From positions 8,432,001 to 8,496,000 of the forward strand of contig NC_135896.1 of the NCBI RefSeq assembly GCF_964194155.1: a stretch of 64,000 nucleotides of DNA, read 5' to 3'. The DNA is from Cetorhinus maximus (taxonomy: Eukaryota). Below the pieces are notes generated by a model. It saw nothing but the letters and a program-made list of their open reading frames with translations, searched no databases and was not told the DNA's origin. Positions 1-13,854 of the stretch are shown here, one piece after another; the first letter of the stretch is position 1; each line of letters starts with the position of its first letter. A program made the translations under genes and the position numbers.

Positions 1-1199
1 CCATCACTGCCAAATTTTTTGTATTGTACAACAAATGTTGGTATTTGAATTCATAACCATTTTTCGTTGTAGACACCTTGCTGTTTCTTATTTTTCAATA
101 CATTTGTCACAGGTAATGTGGTTGAGAAGACAAATGGAACTTTTCATGAATGTTGTCGGATTAAAATGCCTTAACTGTTTTGTTTTCTGAAAAGTAGCAC
201 TCAGTATTTACCTTCCAAGTCCTCTAGGAAGGCATTTATGGTAGTAAGCAAATGGGTTTTTTTCATTGTGTTTGGTCTTATTTTCTTTATTGCAGTGAAG
301 ATAGCATTTTGATGGTTTGCAGTAAAATGAATGATTTTGGGAGCAAAGTTATTAAGAACATGTAAAATTAATTGGTTATAGAATTCTTTTTCTCATTCCC
401 ATGCTAATTTAAAATTTAGCTGGCTATTTCACTATTCATTCTTATTGTCCCCTAAGCTTTGAGAGCAAATAATTGCTTTAAATGAAGCTGTTGCTTTCTG
501 GGCAATAGACACTAACCACCATACATCAGCTTAAAATAATTGGAATTTATTTGTGTTTTTTTTATATAGACGTGAACAGAAAAAAGATCCCACAACATTG
601 TTTAAAAATCTATTAAGAGGTTAAAATGATTTATAAAACATTTGTAGTTATCTGGGAATACTATGCCTTTATGATCCTCCTGGAGTTTTCAATGACTGGA
701 AAAATCGAGGTTACTATGGTGATAGCAGTAGTCTAATCACCCTTACAATGTGTGTTTGCAAAGTGCTGACACCATTCAATATATAGAAGGCTCCAGCAGC
801 TGAAGATTTATTTTTCCGAAGTTTCTCTGTTCATTTTAAGTGTTAGCAAGTTGTTTCCTGTGTTAAATAATTACTGCAATATCTTTTTTTATCCACCATT
901 CCAGTTCACCCCTAACCCCCCCCCCCCCACCCCCACGTCCAATCTGGGCTTTTCTTAGTCAGCTTTAGGATTTTCTTTTTTAGTGACCTCCTATTTTAAA
1001 AAAAAATGCCTCTCACTTTGAAATCCACCAAAGTTGCAAAATCATATGAAAAAAATTTTGTATTTATGTTGCGCCTTTTTGCATCTTTCAGAAGCACCTC
1101 AAAATGCAAAAAGCACTTTGAAATCTAATGGTTGTGTAGGCAAATGCAGAATCTATTTTCACACAGCAAGATGCAGTAAATGGCAATATGATGATGGCA

Positions 1200-2050
1200 A
1201 TTTTATTATGATGGAGGCCTTTTGTCCCACTTAGTTCATCCATGCAGAATGACCTTGAAGTCTCCTTATGTAGGTTCCATTTGGTTCTTAAATTGCTCCA
1301 AGGTTCTCACTTCCATCACTGTATTCCGGAGTTAATACCACGTGTTGGTCATTCCCTGAGTATAGAAGAACTTCCTGATATTAAGCTTAAATTTATCTTT
1401 TATTATCATGAACTTGTGACCCCATGTTCTACTCTCCCAATTTTATTTGGTTACCCTGATTTATCTTTTGGACACTGTTAACCATCTGATCTGATTTGCC
1501 GCAAAGATCAGCTCTCCGATGTCACTTTTCAAGGTTGAAAATTCTAGCTGTTAGGCAAAAGTCAGACCTCTATGTCAATAGGGATCAATATTACAGTGCT
1601 CCTTTGCAGAGCCAATTCTCACTGACATTACTGTGTTTTGATGATTGGAATTGGGCACAGAACTCAGGGCCTGTTCTGACCAAAACATTATTATAATACA
1701 TCATGCCTCCCTCGAACTTGTATCCCACTGTTTTGGTTATGTAGTTCAACATTCCATTGGTTTTATTGATTGATGTTATGCATCGGTTGGATGGGTTGAA
1801 AGTAGGGTCTGTTAACCTACACTAGGTCTCTTTCAACTACATCCTTAGCTATTTCAATAGCATTCATGGAATATATATGCTTTTGTTTCCGATATGCAGT
1901 ATTTATTTATGCTTGTCTTTTTCATCTGCTGCTGTTCTGCCACTTTTATATTTTGTCAAGCTCGTTAAGTAATATCTAAATTGATCTCTCTAATTCCAGT
2001 CGCCCTTTCTAATCTGAGTGTCAAATTTGACCAGATTGCTTTGTCTTTCT
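1200..2050 (-). mobile_element. Highly decayed CR1-like LINE 3' fragment
   Basis: Weak antisense resemblance to the RT C-terminal region of the other CR1 copies. No intact ORF. Confidence 0.4.
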
Positions 2051-2074
2051 GAGTGTAAATCATTGATTATTTTT

Positions 2075-3670
2075 AAATTCATTTATAGGATGTAGGCATG
2101 ATGACAACATCAGAATTTATAGCCTGTCCCCAATTGTCCTTGAGAAGATGGTGGTGTGCCACCATCTTGAACCGCTACAGAGCATTTTTAGGTGGAGAGG
2201 TTCAAGGTTTTGGCCCAGCGATTATGAAGGAACAGTGATATGTTTCCAAATCAGGATTTTGTGTAACTTGAAGGGGATCTTGGAGATGGTGGTTTTCCCA
2301 TGCATCTGCTGCCCTTGACCTCCTGGGTGGTAGAGATTGCGAGTCTGGGAATTGCTTTCAAAGAAGGCTTAGTGAGTTGTTGCATGGTATGTTCTTCGGA
2401 CAAGGTGCGCTGGTGGTGGAAGGACTGAATTAAGGTGGTGAATGATCAGCCAATCAAGTGGAATGTTTTGTTCTGGACGGTGTTAACCTTCTCGAGTGTT
2501 TTTGGAACTGTACTCATCAAGGCAAGTGGGGAGTACTCTGTCACACTTCTGAGTTGTACCTTGTAGGTGGTGGATCGTGTAGATGACTCTGGGAGTCAGT
2601 AATGATGTTCCGTCTAAGCTGTGTGGTTGTGTAGCAACCAGAAAGCCCCCACGCCGGCTGCGCACAAGTCAGCCCCTTTAAATGATTTTGCGTGGCCTGC
2701 CCATGCACAAAGCTTGAAAAGGCTCACTCATTTAAAGAAATTGTTTATGCACTTGAAAAATAATTAGAGTGAACATTGGTCAAGAGGTGAGTAACTCACC
2801 ACAGAATACCCAATCTTTGACCTGCTCTTATTGCCACAGTATTGAGTGACTGGTCCAGTCCAGTTTCTAGTCAGTGGTGACCCCCAGAATGATGGTGGAC
2901 AATTTAATAATGAACATCAGGGAGGTGGTTAGACTTTCTCTAGTTGGAGATAGTCATTACCCGCACTTACGTAGCGGGAATATTATTTGCCACTTATCAG
3001 GCTATGTCTGAATATTGTCCTGGTCTTGCTGCATGCAGACACTGTAACCTGTGAATGTTCGCACTTATGTTGGAGAGAAGGTCCTTGATAAAGCAGCTGA
3101 ATATGGTTGGGACTAGGCCACTATGCTGAGAAACTCCAGCAGCAAAGTGCTGGGGCTGAGATTATAGGCCTCCAACAACCACAACCTTGGTCCCTTGTAC
3201 TAGCTATTACTCAAACCAGCAGAGGGTATTCCCCCTGAGTCCCACTGACTTAAATTCTACTCTGGCTTCTTGATGCTGCTTTAACGTAAAGGGCAGTCAG
3301 TCTTGCCTCACATTTCTGCTCTTTTGTCCATGTTTGGACCAAGACTGTAATGAGATCTGGAGCTGAGTGATCCTGGCAGGAACCAAAAGTGAGCAAGTTA
3401 TTGGTGATTAAGTGTAGCTTAATAACACTGTCAACTGCACCTTCCATCACTTTGCTGATTATTGGGAGTAGACTGACAGACCGTTAATTGGCTGGTTTGG
3501 ATTTGCCCTGCTTTTTATAGACCGGGCATATCTGGGAAATTTCCACACTGTTGGGTAGATGCCAGTGTTGTAGTTGTACTGGAACAGTTCACTAGGGACG
3601 TGACTAGTTCTAGACCACATGTTTTGAACACTAAAACTGGGATATTGTTAGGACCAAAGCCTTTGCTGTG
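2075..3670 (-). mobile_element. Family B LINE, 3' part (RT + tail), decayed
   Basis: Antisense tail at ~2075 and ORF 3250..3450 (MMEGAVDSVIK...SAPDLITVLVQTW) match 52318-58130. Confidence 0.85.
2603..2778. mobile_element. hAT-like MITE inserted in family B
   Basis: Imperfect TIRs atgttccgtctaa / ttagagtgaacat. Degenerate 8-bp TSD gtcagtaa/gtcaagag at the host site gtcaggag. Confidence 0.65.
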
Positions 3671-5169
3671 AACTAGAGGCAGGCGCCAGCACTGATCACA
3701 GGGGCACCCCACTCGTACTTTGCATCCCTCACCCACTCTTAACAATGTCACAAAACCAGTGCTATTGTTTCTTATTCTTTAGCCATTATTTTATTCTTGC
3801 CTCAAGATATGCCCCGCTTCCTATATCTTTGAACTTAACTAAGTACCTGTCATGTGGAACTTGGCTAAAAACTTAAAAGTCTAGACATAACAAATCTTAG
3901 AGCTAGCTGTTATTCAAATTTGCTCAAAGGTGTGGGTCAGACAGAATCTTCCATTTCTGAATCCATGTTGAGTGCAATTTTCTAGTTGGTTACTTTATAG
4001 GTAATCTCCAAGTGTATCCCCGATAATAGATTTAACCATTTTACCCTTCTTCAGCAGAAAGCCTAACTCCATCTGCCTGTCACATTTGGCTATATGCCAT
4101 TCAAATAAGAGATGCCCTGGTTTTGTACAGCAGGTGTACACAATATATCTTTAAGGCGCTGGGTAAATCAATACACACTGTCCCAACATTGTTTTCTCTC
4201 CTAAATGGACTTGTGTACTATGGTAGGTTCTTGGCATAGCCAGTTTAGAGCTTACATAATCAGAGGTAGCAGCAGGCATGTGCCTCAGCTTCCATCCAGT
4301 GTGCATTATGTATGAAAGCAATTTTTCATTCTAAGGGAATAGATCATGTCCAGCGATAGTTTAAAGCAACTGAGTCCCAAGAATACAGGACCAGGTTGAA
4401 TGTAGAAAGATCAATAGAATTATCCAGTGACCCATTTTCTCAGTTTGTTTTGTTTTTTGTTTGAACAAGTCTGTTGGATGCAGATAAGTAATTGGCCACT
4501 AATCCTCCAACATGTTTCAGCAGGAGTCTGGAGTCTATTTCTTTACACTTCTTTGTCACCAAACTAATATTTCATAAGAGTGTGCATTATGTTGTTTAAA
4601 AACACATGTATATGCTCGTTCGTTTAATTTAATTCTATTATATGTTTCTATACTTAACGTTTATCCTCAGCATATTTTTTATCCACAAAATGAAGGTTTA
4701 AGAGGACTGTAATATTGTAGCCAACTCTCTTTTAATAGTATTGCTACCCAGAGTGCATTTTATTTGTTTTTCTCATTATGTTTTCTGTTAATAGCAAATC
4801 TGTACAATATATTTCAAAGTACAATTATGCTGCTGTATTCTGAGTGGGTGGGAGGTGGACCCAATTCTGTTTGGTCCTTGTTCATTTCACAGGCAGTGAC
4901 AAAGAAGAGGAAGTGTAAAAAAAGACTTTGCATTTTCCACCTGTGCTGGGCTCGGGGGACAACCATGCATTTCTGTTTCCATCATTGCTAAGGATACGCA
5001 GGCCATTCAAAAGTGAAATGACTGGGGTTTTTCTACTGCATTCAGTTGCAAGGCTTGCTAAAAACACAGATCATTTATTTTCTTAAATGGTGCATAGTCA
5101 ACCCACTTGTGCTATGGCTGATCTCCACTGTTAATTTCTTAAGGTGGGCGTCTCCTTTGCACCACGAAT

Positions 5170-5575
5170 GGTACGGGTGTCTACAAAGGGTATGCAAATT
5201 TGATAGAGATGTTCAAAATCATGAGGGGGTTGGACAAAGTAGATAGGGAGAAGCTGTTCCCATTTGTAAAAGGATCAAGAACGAGAGGGCACAGATTTAA
5301 AGTGATTTGAAAAAGAAGCAAATGAGATGTGAGAAAAAACGTCTTCACACAGTGAGTGGTTCGGGTCTGGAATGCACTGCCTGGAAGTGTGGTGGAGGCA
5401 GGTTCAGTTGAGGCACTCGAGGGCATTAGATGATTGATTCTATTCAAGTAATGTGTGCGGGTATAGAGAAAAGGCAGGGCAATGGCACTAGGTCATAATG
5501 CTCATTTTGAGAGCTGGTGCAGACTTGATGGGCCGAATGGCCTCCTTCTGAGCCGTTAAAATTTTGTGATTCTGT
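5170..5575 (+). mobile_element. CR1 (HER1-like) LINE 3' end
   Basis: RT C-terminal remnant (FTQ.VVRVWNALP) and tail gatgggccgaatggcctccttctg...tgtgattctgtg. Confidence 0.85.
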
Positions 5576-6849
5576 GAAATACTCTGACCTATAAAATTGG
5601 ATAGGATGAGAGGTACATCCTATGGGACAGACAAAGTTTCTGCTCTGCCCCAAATCTACATAACGGGCTCTGCTGGAAATTTTACCCCCTCAAAGAAGAC
5701 TATCATCATAGACAGATAATGTCTAATCACTAGTGAAATAACTGACTACTACTTCAGTAGGTCATCTACATAGGGCGCTATTAAATTTTCTATTAAAAAT
5801 GTCATTCTTGGCTATAGTAAAGAATGGAAAAATGGAAACCAAATTAGTTGGCACATTCTAGGATTTGATATTCTGCTGAGGGCCAAAGCAAATGTTAACA
5901 TAGGATGGAAAATGATATCTGGAATAGATCTGCTGGTCTATCCAGACTCCTTTTTTGAGTTGCTGCCTTGTAAATAACATGTGTCATGATACAGATGCTA
6001 AAGTATTTTTCAACAATTTGGGAAAAAGATTTCAAAGAAGTATTTAAGCTGGCATTGAGGGTGAAAAAGCATATTTTATTTCTGTACTTAAAGAATTTAT
6101 ATTCAATTCTTAATATGAACTTTAGTTTGTTCCATATTTGATTAGATATATATTTTCCCCTTAGGAATTCTAAAATTGAACTTGTTTTTTTTATTTCTCA
6201 ATCCTTCTATTTAATGTCCTTGTTTTAATACCACAATTGTTTGACTTAATGGCACAGATTTTGTAGTCAATGGCACACTGTACTGAGCTTGAATTAAACT
6301 GTCACAGTGATCTAGTGGTCTCTATGGCTTGGTCTTCTCCTTTCACGATGGTCGTTTAAATCTGATGCTGGGTAAAGGGAATTTCTTGGCTCTCTCAGCA
6401 GCAATGATGATAGCAAGCAGGGTAAGCAGCCAGTCACGTTGAAGTATTCTCACAAATGGCAAACCGGGAAGTTGAAAGCACTTAAAACCTTTCACTTTTA
6501 ATTTAAATTTTCAAATGGTGAAATAAATGGTTACGATTATGGATTAAGATAGTGTTACAACCGGAATGGGAGGAGAGCGCAGAGTCTCTGGCCCCACTAC
6601 TCCACAGGTTGCACCATAAGTGTAAATGCTTAATTTCATTCACCATAACTTTCACCATTGTTAGACCCAGAATAAAAGAGACTTTAACCAGGCTTCTTTC
6701 AATAAACTCAGAATGATTGATTTATTATGAAACAAAATTTATTTTTAAAAAGCAAGTTGCAAAACTGGTTAACATACAATCTGTAATTCGGAAGTATAAC
6801 TATATGCCCCTTTAAATCCCAATACATACACACAAAGGATGAAACACAT

Positions 6850-7541
6850 GGGAGAGAATTTTCCCCCCGTTGGGGGGGTTGTGTGGGGCCGGGCACGGAC
6901 CCGATCGGCACCCCCAATCAGGTCTGCACAGCCATTCTACATGGGTGGGCCAGTTAAGGCCCACCCGGTGTGACGCACGCCCAGAAGCGCTGTGCGCTCC
7001 CTGGGGGGCGGGGTGAGGGCTCCCTGAGTCGGGAGTGCGCTCTTTCGTGCATGTGCATGAAAGAACACAGAAATCTCCCTGAGGCACAGAGATGCCTCGG
7101 AGATAAGTTCTAAGGTTTAAAAATTTTAGTAAAGAAAAAAAATTTAAGACATCCCTTCATGTGACAGGGTCACATGAGTTGGGACATGTCAATGAATTTT
7201 AATGAAAAAATTTATTTAAATTTATAAACCTTTCATGAAACCTCATCCCGCCCGTGGATGAGGTTCCATGAAAATTGCGAAGGCTGTCTGGGCTCTTCGC
7301 CTGCCCGCCAACCTTAAGGTTGGACTGGCAGCTTTCTCAATAGCCTTAAATAGTTAATTAATGGCCTTAACAGGCCTTTGACAGTTCGGCGGGCACGCAG
7401 CTGACTCGGCTGCGCACTCACTGAACTGCAAATCTAAATGATGTGCGGTGACGTTGGGACGCACGCCCGATGTCACTCCGCGTTATTTTATGTCTCAGCG
7501 AGTGGGCCCCATCCCTGCTCGCCGAGCTGAAAATTCCCCCC
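6850..7541. mobile_element. GC-rich PIF/Harbinger-type MITE
   Basis: Imperfect TIRs gggagagaattttc / gaaaattcccccc. Non-coding and CpG-rich. Confidence 0.65.
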
Positions 7542-7633
7542 CTGGGGTCGCTGCAGAGGTCAGCTTTTAAAGGAAAAACACCTTTTGGCCAATGTGAAAA
7601 CTTTATGAAAAAGGATAAAGTTCAAAGAAGAAT

Positions 7634-8135
7634 GTGATTGCACTGGAGGGGGTGCAGAGGAGATTCACCAGGATGTTGCCTGAGATGAAACATTTAAGTT
7701 ATGAAGAGAGGTTGGATAGACTTGGGTTGTTTTCGTTGGAGCAGAGAAGACTGAGGGGCGACCTGATCGAGGTGTACAAGATTATGAGGGGCATGGACAG
7801 GGTGGATAGGGAGCAGCTGTTCCCCTTAGTTGAAGGGTCAGTCACAAGGAGGCATAAGTTCAAGGTGAGGGGCAGGAGGTTTAGGGGGGCTGTTTGGAAA
7901 AACTTTTTTACCCAGAGGGTGGTGACGGTCTGGAATGCACTGCCTGGGAGGGTGGTGGAGGTGGGTTGCCTCACATCCTTTAAAAAATACCTGGATGAGA
8001 ACTTGGCACGTCATAACATTCAAGGCTATGGGCCAAGTGCTGGTAAATGGGGTTAGGTAGATAGGTCAGGTGTTTCTCACGTGTCGGTGCAGACTTGATG
8101 GGCCGAAGGGCCTCTTCTGCACTGTGATTCTGTGA
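7634..8135 (+). mobile_element. CR1 LINE 3' fragment
   Basis: ORF ALEGVQRRFTRMLP...RRLRGDLIEVYKI...FTQRVVTVWNALP followed by the CR1 tail. Confidence 0.92.
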
Positions 8136-9629
8136 GTTTTTGACACTGTCGATCTGGTGTTCCTGCGTGCGAAGACGGATCGCTGGTCAATGTAGTTGTC
8201 TGGAAGTTCTTTCCAAAGGAAATTTGGTGTGGAGGAGAACCAAATGGACTCGATGTTCTTGGGATCTCTCTCTTATCTCAGTTTCTCAGTCTTCCAATTA
8301 CTAGCTGTATTATACTGATCTTAGACTGAGATGAGGTTCTCTAGCTGGATACCGATAACCACACTAAATTTAGATGAGGCAGGGAGAGTGTGAGTTGGGC
8401 AACCTTCACCTTTTTGGTTGAACCTCAAACTGAGTCCAAAACACATGTTCAAAAAGAAACTCCTCTTAGTCATATGGTTTCTAGTATATCAGCTGAGACT
8501 TTGCCTCTGAAAACTAGTTTTTTTTCCCAGCAATTAAAGCTCAAGTAAATAAAGAGTTCTTATCTCCTCAGGTGCTTTGCTAGTCATTTAGCTGGAGTGA
8601 TGTGACTTCTTGGAAAAGGTAGCTTGCTCACGGTCCAAAGTGAACTCATAACCTTTTTAAAACAAAAACAACCCAAGGCAGTTCCCAAGAAAGTGTCCAA
8701 ATCATTCAATGTCCTTCCAATTTTTTTTAAAAAGCACATAGCTCTTGGAGATATGGATTCCTGACAATAGAAGCTGAAATGAAGATAAAAGTTACATAAA
8801 ATATGTAGAAATTTTTATAATTTGGCATTTCTTAAATACAGAATTAGTTTTTCAGGACCATTTGACAGTGTTGAGCAGTAATTATGAAATTAGTACGCTG
8901 TTAAAAACCCAGTTGCACCTCCTTCAATAGGTTTATCTTTATCAAGGGTTTTACAGTGAGACAAACGGCATCAGAATGGAAGTTCTCGTCAATTCCTTTG
9001 ATTTCCCTTAAACCAGTCTGGAGATATGCCCCTACAGCACACCCTCTTGGGCAGAGTAGAATCACTGACTGTAACTTTTGGATTTCTGTGTTATTCTGCC
9101 CATGCACGGATTCCATAAGTTGCTGTCTGTTTCTGTGGCATAATGACGGAGAACTCTTGTCATTAGTTCTCCTTTGAAACAATTGCTAAAGAGTGCATAA
9201 GATTGGTGATTGACACTTGACATATGTTGTTTGCATCCTCCCTCACTCCTCCCTTCTTCTCCCTGAGGGGAATAGAGACCCTCGGGCCATATTGCATAAT
9301 GCCTGAATTGCTAACTCCAACTAGTGAGAGACGAGAGTTTGAACCCCCTTCTCTACTGGCAAACCCATTACTTTGCCCAAGGGTCCATTTTGGGTACCAA
9401 CAAACTATTCCAAATTGTAGGAAATCACAATGGTCTTAATCCTGCCCCTTCCCAATATTCACATGCAGATTAGAAGCAGAAGAACAGGCTGAATTTACCT
9501 TTTTAACTTGTTCTTTTACAAGAGTATTGAGATCAACTATAATGTACTCGCCACTGCCTTGGGTGGGATTGACTAACAAAGCACAACCCATGATAACAAT
9601 CTGAGGACTTTCCAAAGCTGCATGGTTTA

Positions 9630-9915
9630 GGACATAAGAACATAAGATGCAGGATGAGCCATTGATTCAATAAGATCTTAACTGAACTTCAACATGTATC
9701 CACTTTCCCATCCTATCCCCATTTGCCTTGATTCCAGTGCCCAAAAAATACTGATCCCAGTTTTGAATGTGCTCGCTAACTGAGTATAGCTCTGTGGTAG
9801 AGAATTCAAAAGATTCGAGTGAAGAAATTTCTCCTCGTCCTAATCCTAAATGGCCAAACTCTTATCCTGAAACTATACCCCTAGTTCTAGATTCTGCAGC
9901 CAGGAGGAAACATGG
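9630..9915 (-). mobile_element. CR1 3' tail fragment
   Basis: (acataaga)n terminal repeats and an antisense CR1 3' UTR. Confidence 0.7.
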
Positions 9916-10538
9916 GACACATTGCTATCTTGTTGGACCCTCCATGAATTTTTCATTAATTTAACTATAAACCCTAGCTTTATGAAAGTTAGGAATTAGA
10001 ATTGTTAAGCCTCTGGGATAGTTTATGGTGATTTAGTCAACTGAAATACTCACTTGGAAATATCTCTAAATGCTAGTCATAAATCCTCTACTCTTCTAAG
10101 ATTGAATGTGAACTTCACACTGTCAGACTTCAATAAGTACTGTAGCTGACCTTAGGTGCACTGTTGTATGATTTTTCTTTCTCTTCCTTCCATCAACTGT
10201 TTCTAAGTGCTTCTTCCAATGGCTCAATTGAGGACTGCCAATACCTGCTCAGTAATGGGTTTACCAGTTGAGAAAGAGTCTCAAACTCTTGCTTCTTACC
10301 AGTTGGAGTTAGCAAGTCAGGCATTATGCAATATGGCCAAAGTGAACAATCAGCATATCTGGAAAAGTACTAAGGCTTAAAGGAAAATATTTCTAGTTAA
10401 AGTAATGTCATTTTATCACTATTGTTATCTAGTAATTAATGTGTGCAGATACAAAACCTTCAGATAATGCATAACTAAAAAGCTGTATTGGTCAGTTTAT
10501 AGACTATAAATTGATGCCATTTTCTGTTGTTTTTAAAG

Positions 10539-11540
10539 GCTCTCAGTTCAGACCTAGAGAAAAGAGAGAAGCAGCAATTGAGGATGCTGAGCCAGCTTCA
10601 GGAAATACAGAACCGTTATGATGACTGCACGCAGGATCGTAAATCTGCAGGTTTGGAGATTGTAGATCTAGCCCGTCAGTTGAAAGAGTCTAGTGTGGAA
10701 ACTGACAGATGCAGGGCTCGGTTGAAAGAAGTAGAGCTCCTTCGATTAGAGAGTGAAAAGAAGAAAGATGAACTGAAAATAAAAGCTCAGGAGTCTATTA
10801 AACAGTGGAAAATCAAATGCAAAAAATTGGAGCGTGATATGGAAAAGCAGAAGGAGATCACCGATGAATGGACAGAGCAGTACAACCAAGCAAGTAAAGA
10901 GAAAGAAGCACTCCAGGGTCAACAAATGGTGGCCTTGCATCAGATAGAGAACCTCCGTAAGGAACTCAACGATGTCATACTCAAACGGGTGCAGCAGGAG
11001 GAGGATATGCGACGGAAAGATGTGGAGCTCAATGAGTTGAAGTCGAGGCTGCTGGACTTGGATGGAAAGCTGCATGATTCTAAGGAGTCTTTGAGCAAAC
11101 TGGAGGATGACTTGCGTAAGCAGTGCATGTTACACGCACAGACCAAAGAGGAGAAGCAGCACCTGGAGGATGAGTTGTTGACCTTGAGCAGGCAGAATGA
11201 AAAGGGTCAGGAGAAGCTCTTAGAAATGCAGCACGTGATTTCCGAGCTAAGTGCCATTCGTTCTGAGCTCATTACTAAACTAGCTCAGGAAGAGATATCC
11301 ACTAAGGAGATTAGAAAGAGCATCTTGGAAGCCCAGGCAAAGCAGGCCTTAGCCCAAGAGGAACTTACTTCCATCAGCAGCCAATTGAAGTTGGAGAGGG
11401 ATGCGCACCAACAAGAACTTGTGGGCATCAGAACAGAGATGCAAACCTTAAGAACTAAACATGAAAAGAATGTGCAGGAAGCACTTAAACAATTTCAACA
11501 AGAACGGGACAAACTAGAAAATAACATAAGTGAGCTAAAG
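10539..11540 (+). CDS. CEP128: CEP128 large coiled-coil exon (1002 bp, 334 aa, ALSSDLEKRE...NNISELK)
   Basis: Acceptor ttttaaag|GCT and donor AAG|gtaagg. The translation has motifs recalled from vertebrate CEP128 (KAQESIKQWK, QIENLRKELNDV, QLKLERDAHQ). Confidence 0.93.
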
Positions 11541-11659
11541 GTAAGGGTAGTTAATTGGCAACAGAAGAGATTTTCTTCTTTAAGGTACGGTTTCAAAAGC
11601 ATTAAATGTATTCCTCATTTAGTTTTGATGTTGAAAGAAAGAAACAAATCTCTCGTTTA

Positions 11660-12180
11660 TAGTATGTCCTCAGGGCATCTCAAAGCACTTCACAGCCTAT
11701 TAAACATTTTTGAACATAGGAACAGAGTAAGCCATTCAACACTTTGAGCCTGTTCTACCTAAGTGAAGGTTTTGTCCCTTGTTGAGCAGGAACTCACTAA
11801 TTTTTTGATTAACAACCAGTTACGCCACAGAGTTCAGAAATGTGGTCACTATTATAGACAAAACAAATGCCCATGTGTGCACATTAAGGTTGAGAACCAG
11901 TAATGAGATAAATGACCAGATAAACTGTGTTAGTGATGTCAGTTGAGGGTAATATGTTGGCTAGGACCCTGGAAGAACATCTATACTTGTCTTCAGATAA
12001 TGCCATGTGATCTTTTATTTTCACCCAAGGAGGAAGACTCAGTTTAACATTTCAATCAAAAAAAGGACACTTTCAACAGTGCAGCACTCTGCCTTTGTGT
12101 TGTGCTTGTCTCTTGAGTGAGATTTGAGCCCACGATCGTCTTACATGGAGGCAACAATTTTATCACTGAGTCAAAGCTGA
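11660..12180 (-). mobile_element. Deu-domain SINE (SacSINE1/AmnSINE-like), decayed
   Basis: Antisense match to the + copy at 61905-62340. Confidence 0.7.
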
Positions 12181-12570
12181 TTCTTAAAATTTTGATTTCT
12201 GGTTAATATCCAACCTCTGCTCGACAATTGAATTGGATAGTTAAAATTGCAATGAGTTGCTTCAATATAATTTTCCTAGCATGTAGTTGGATTGAAAGAA
12301 ACCCACTTGTAAACTGCTTCTATTTAGTTTTGCTTGGGAATGATCCCATTTCTACTGAAAAATATTTTTCCTCATATGTATCTTACCTGGCTGACAATAG
12401 GGAGGTGGTATACTTTGAGACCTTAGCCCATGCTACTCCGAAATCCTATGGAGGTGTGCACACTTAAGAGGTTGGCACCATGGTACTCAAATGTAATTGC
12501 GAAAGTGAAGTTATTGGGAAGTTCAGACCGGCATATGCAAAAGACTGTAGTCCTGCGAGTAATTTTAGAA

Positions 12571-13355
12571 GGGGAGGATGGTGAATTTGGACTGACCAGA
12601 GATATTTGATATAGACAGAACGTTCTCGTATGATGCATGTTATAAGTACAGGGAGCACTAAAGGTAGTTTCTTCTGAGCTCCAAAATGCCTTACTGTTTC
12701 CTTAGGGGGATTGGGAAAAATGGGAGGTGGGCAATAATTTTAACTGACAAACCTGGAAACAAATTGAAATAGTGGCACACTGTGGCTCAGACAATAGTAT
12801 CAAACTTTATCTGATTCAGAAAGTAACCTGTTTTCTATATTATATTAGAACTGCACTTGCTGCATTGTGAGATTTATTGGTTGGGGCCGTCTTTATTATT
12901 ACCAAAACAATGACTGAAAGAACCCATTTCTCCTTATTGGTGCATTATTCAGGCTCTTTACTTTGTAAATTACAAGTCGAATAATAATTCCTAGATTCTC
13001 ACTAATGTTAAATTGATGACTTGATAGCATTACTGCAGAGATACTCGGGAGTAAAGCGAGAAAGACTTGCATTTATGTAGTGCCTTTCACGACCTCAGTA
13101 CATCCCAAAGCTAAAGTTTGATATTATGGATTACGCCGCAGTGTGCCACCATTTCAGTTTGATTCCTGGTTTGTCAGTTAAAATTATTGCCCACCTCCAA
13201 TTTTTCCCAATCCCCATAAGGAAACAGTAAGGCCTTTTGGAACTCAGAAGAAACTGCCTTTATTATTTCCTGTACCTTTTAAACATGCATCATAAGAGAA
13301 AGTTTTGTCAACATCATAAATCTCTGGTCAATCCGAATTCACCTACCTCCTCTCC
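12571..13355. repeat. ~240-bp inverted repeat (arms 12571-12809 and 13112-13355)
   Basis: For example, ggaggtgggcaataattttaactgacaaacc pairs with ggtttgtcagttaaaattattgcccacctcc. Confidence 0.9.
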
Positions 13356-13425
13356 TTACAGCCATTGAATTACTTTTGATGTGTAGCCACTGTTGTAATG
13401 TAGGAAACACAGCTGCCAATTTGGA
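13058..13425 (-). mobile_element. Deu-domain SINE 3' part, interrupted at 13112-13355
   Basis: aaagacttgcatttatgtagtgcctttcacgacc...cccaaagc [insert] ttacagccattgaa. Confidence 0.8.
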
Positions 13426-13595
13426 CTTGACATGTACTGGACTATGTTCTTGACCCCTTAATTTTTTTTAAACTACCTTTTTGTAAAAAGTACAGTGTAG
13501 TATGCATGTGTTTAATGTCACTGCCATTCATAAATTTGAGTTGTAGTGAATGCCTTTGGAAATGTTGATCGCTGCTGCTTTGATGTGCTCCTTAG

Positions 13596-13760
13596 GCCGA
13601 GCTAACGGAGGACAAGAATTTGACTAAAACACAGCGACGCCAGATGGAAAAGGTCAAAACAGAATGCAACAAGCTGACAGAAGAGCTAATTCAGGGTGAG
13701 GTGGAAAACGCAAAGCTCAGGAGGAAGTACCATTTGCTGAAGCAAGAACTGGAAGAAAAG
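13596..13760 (+). CDS. CEP128: CEP128 exon (165 bp, AELTEDKNLTK...KQELEEK)
   Basis: Acceptor ctccttag|GCC and donor AAG|gtaaga. In frame with the previous exon and similar to human AESLEEKNMAK...CDRLTEEL. Confidence 0.92.
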
Positions 13761-13854
13761 GTAAGAGGTTCCCTGAGTGGGAAAACTGTAGCTGAAATGT
13801 CATCACAACTTGCTTCCATGTGAAACTGCCTTGGAATGTGGCAGTTCAAGAATG

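Larger units (their letters stand above)
6553..8766. mobile_element. Solo LTR carrying nested MITE and CR1 insertions
   Basis: TGTTACA...CTGACA termini with an exact 4-bp TSD ATAG (6549-6552 / 8767-8770). Confidence 0.7.

Noticed and set aside
4893-4918. Acceptor-like ttcatttcacag followed by SDKEEEV-stop
   Set aside because: No resemblance to CEP128 and no supporting upstream exon. Likely chance.
11541-11747. Read-through of the 406-aa ORF past the exon donor
   Set aside because: Coiled-coil character stops at the GT donor and the extension runs into SINE sequence. It is treated as intron.
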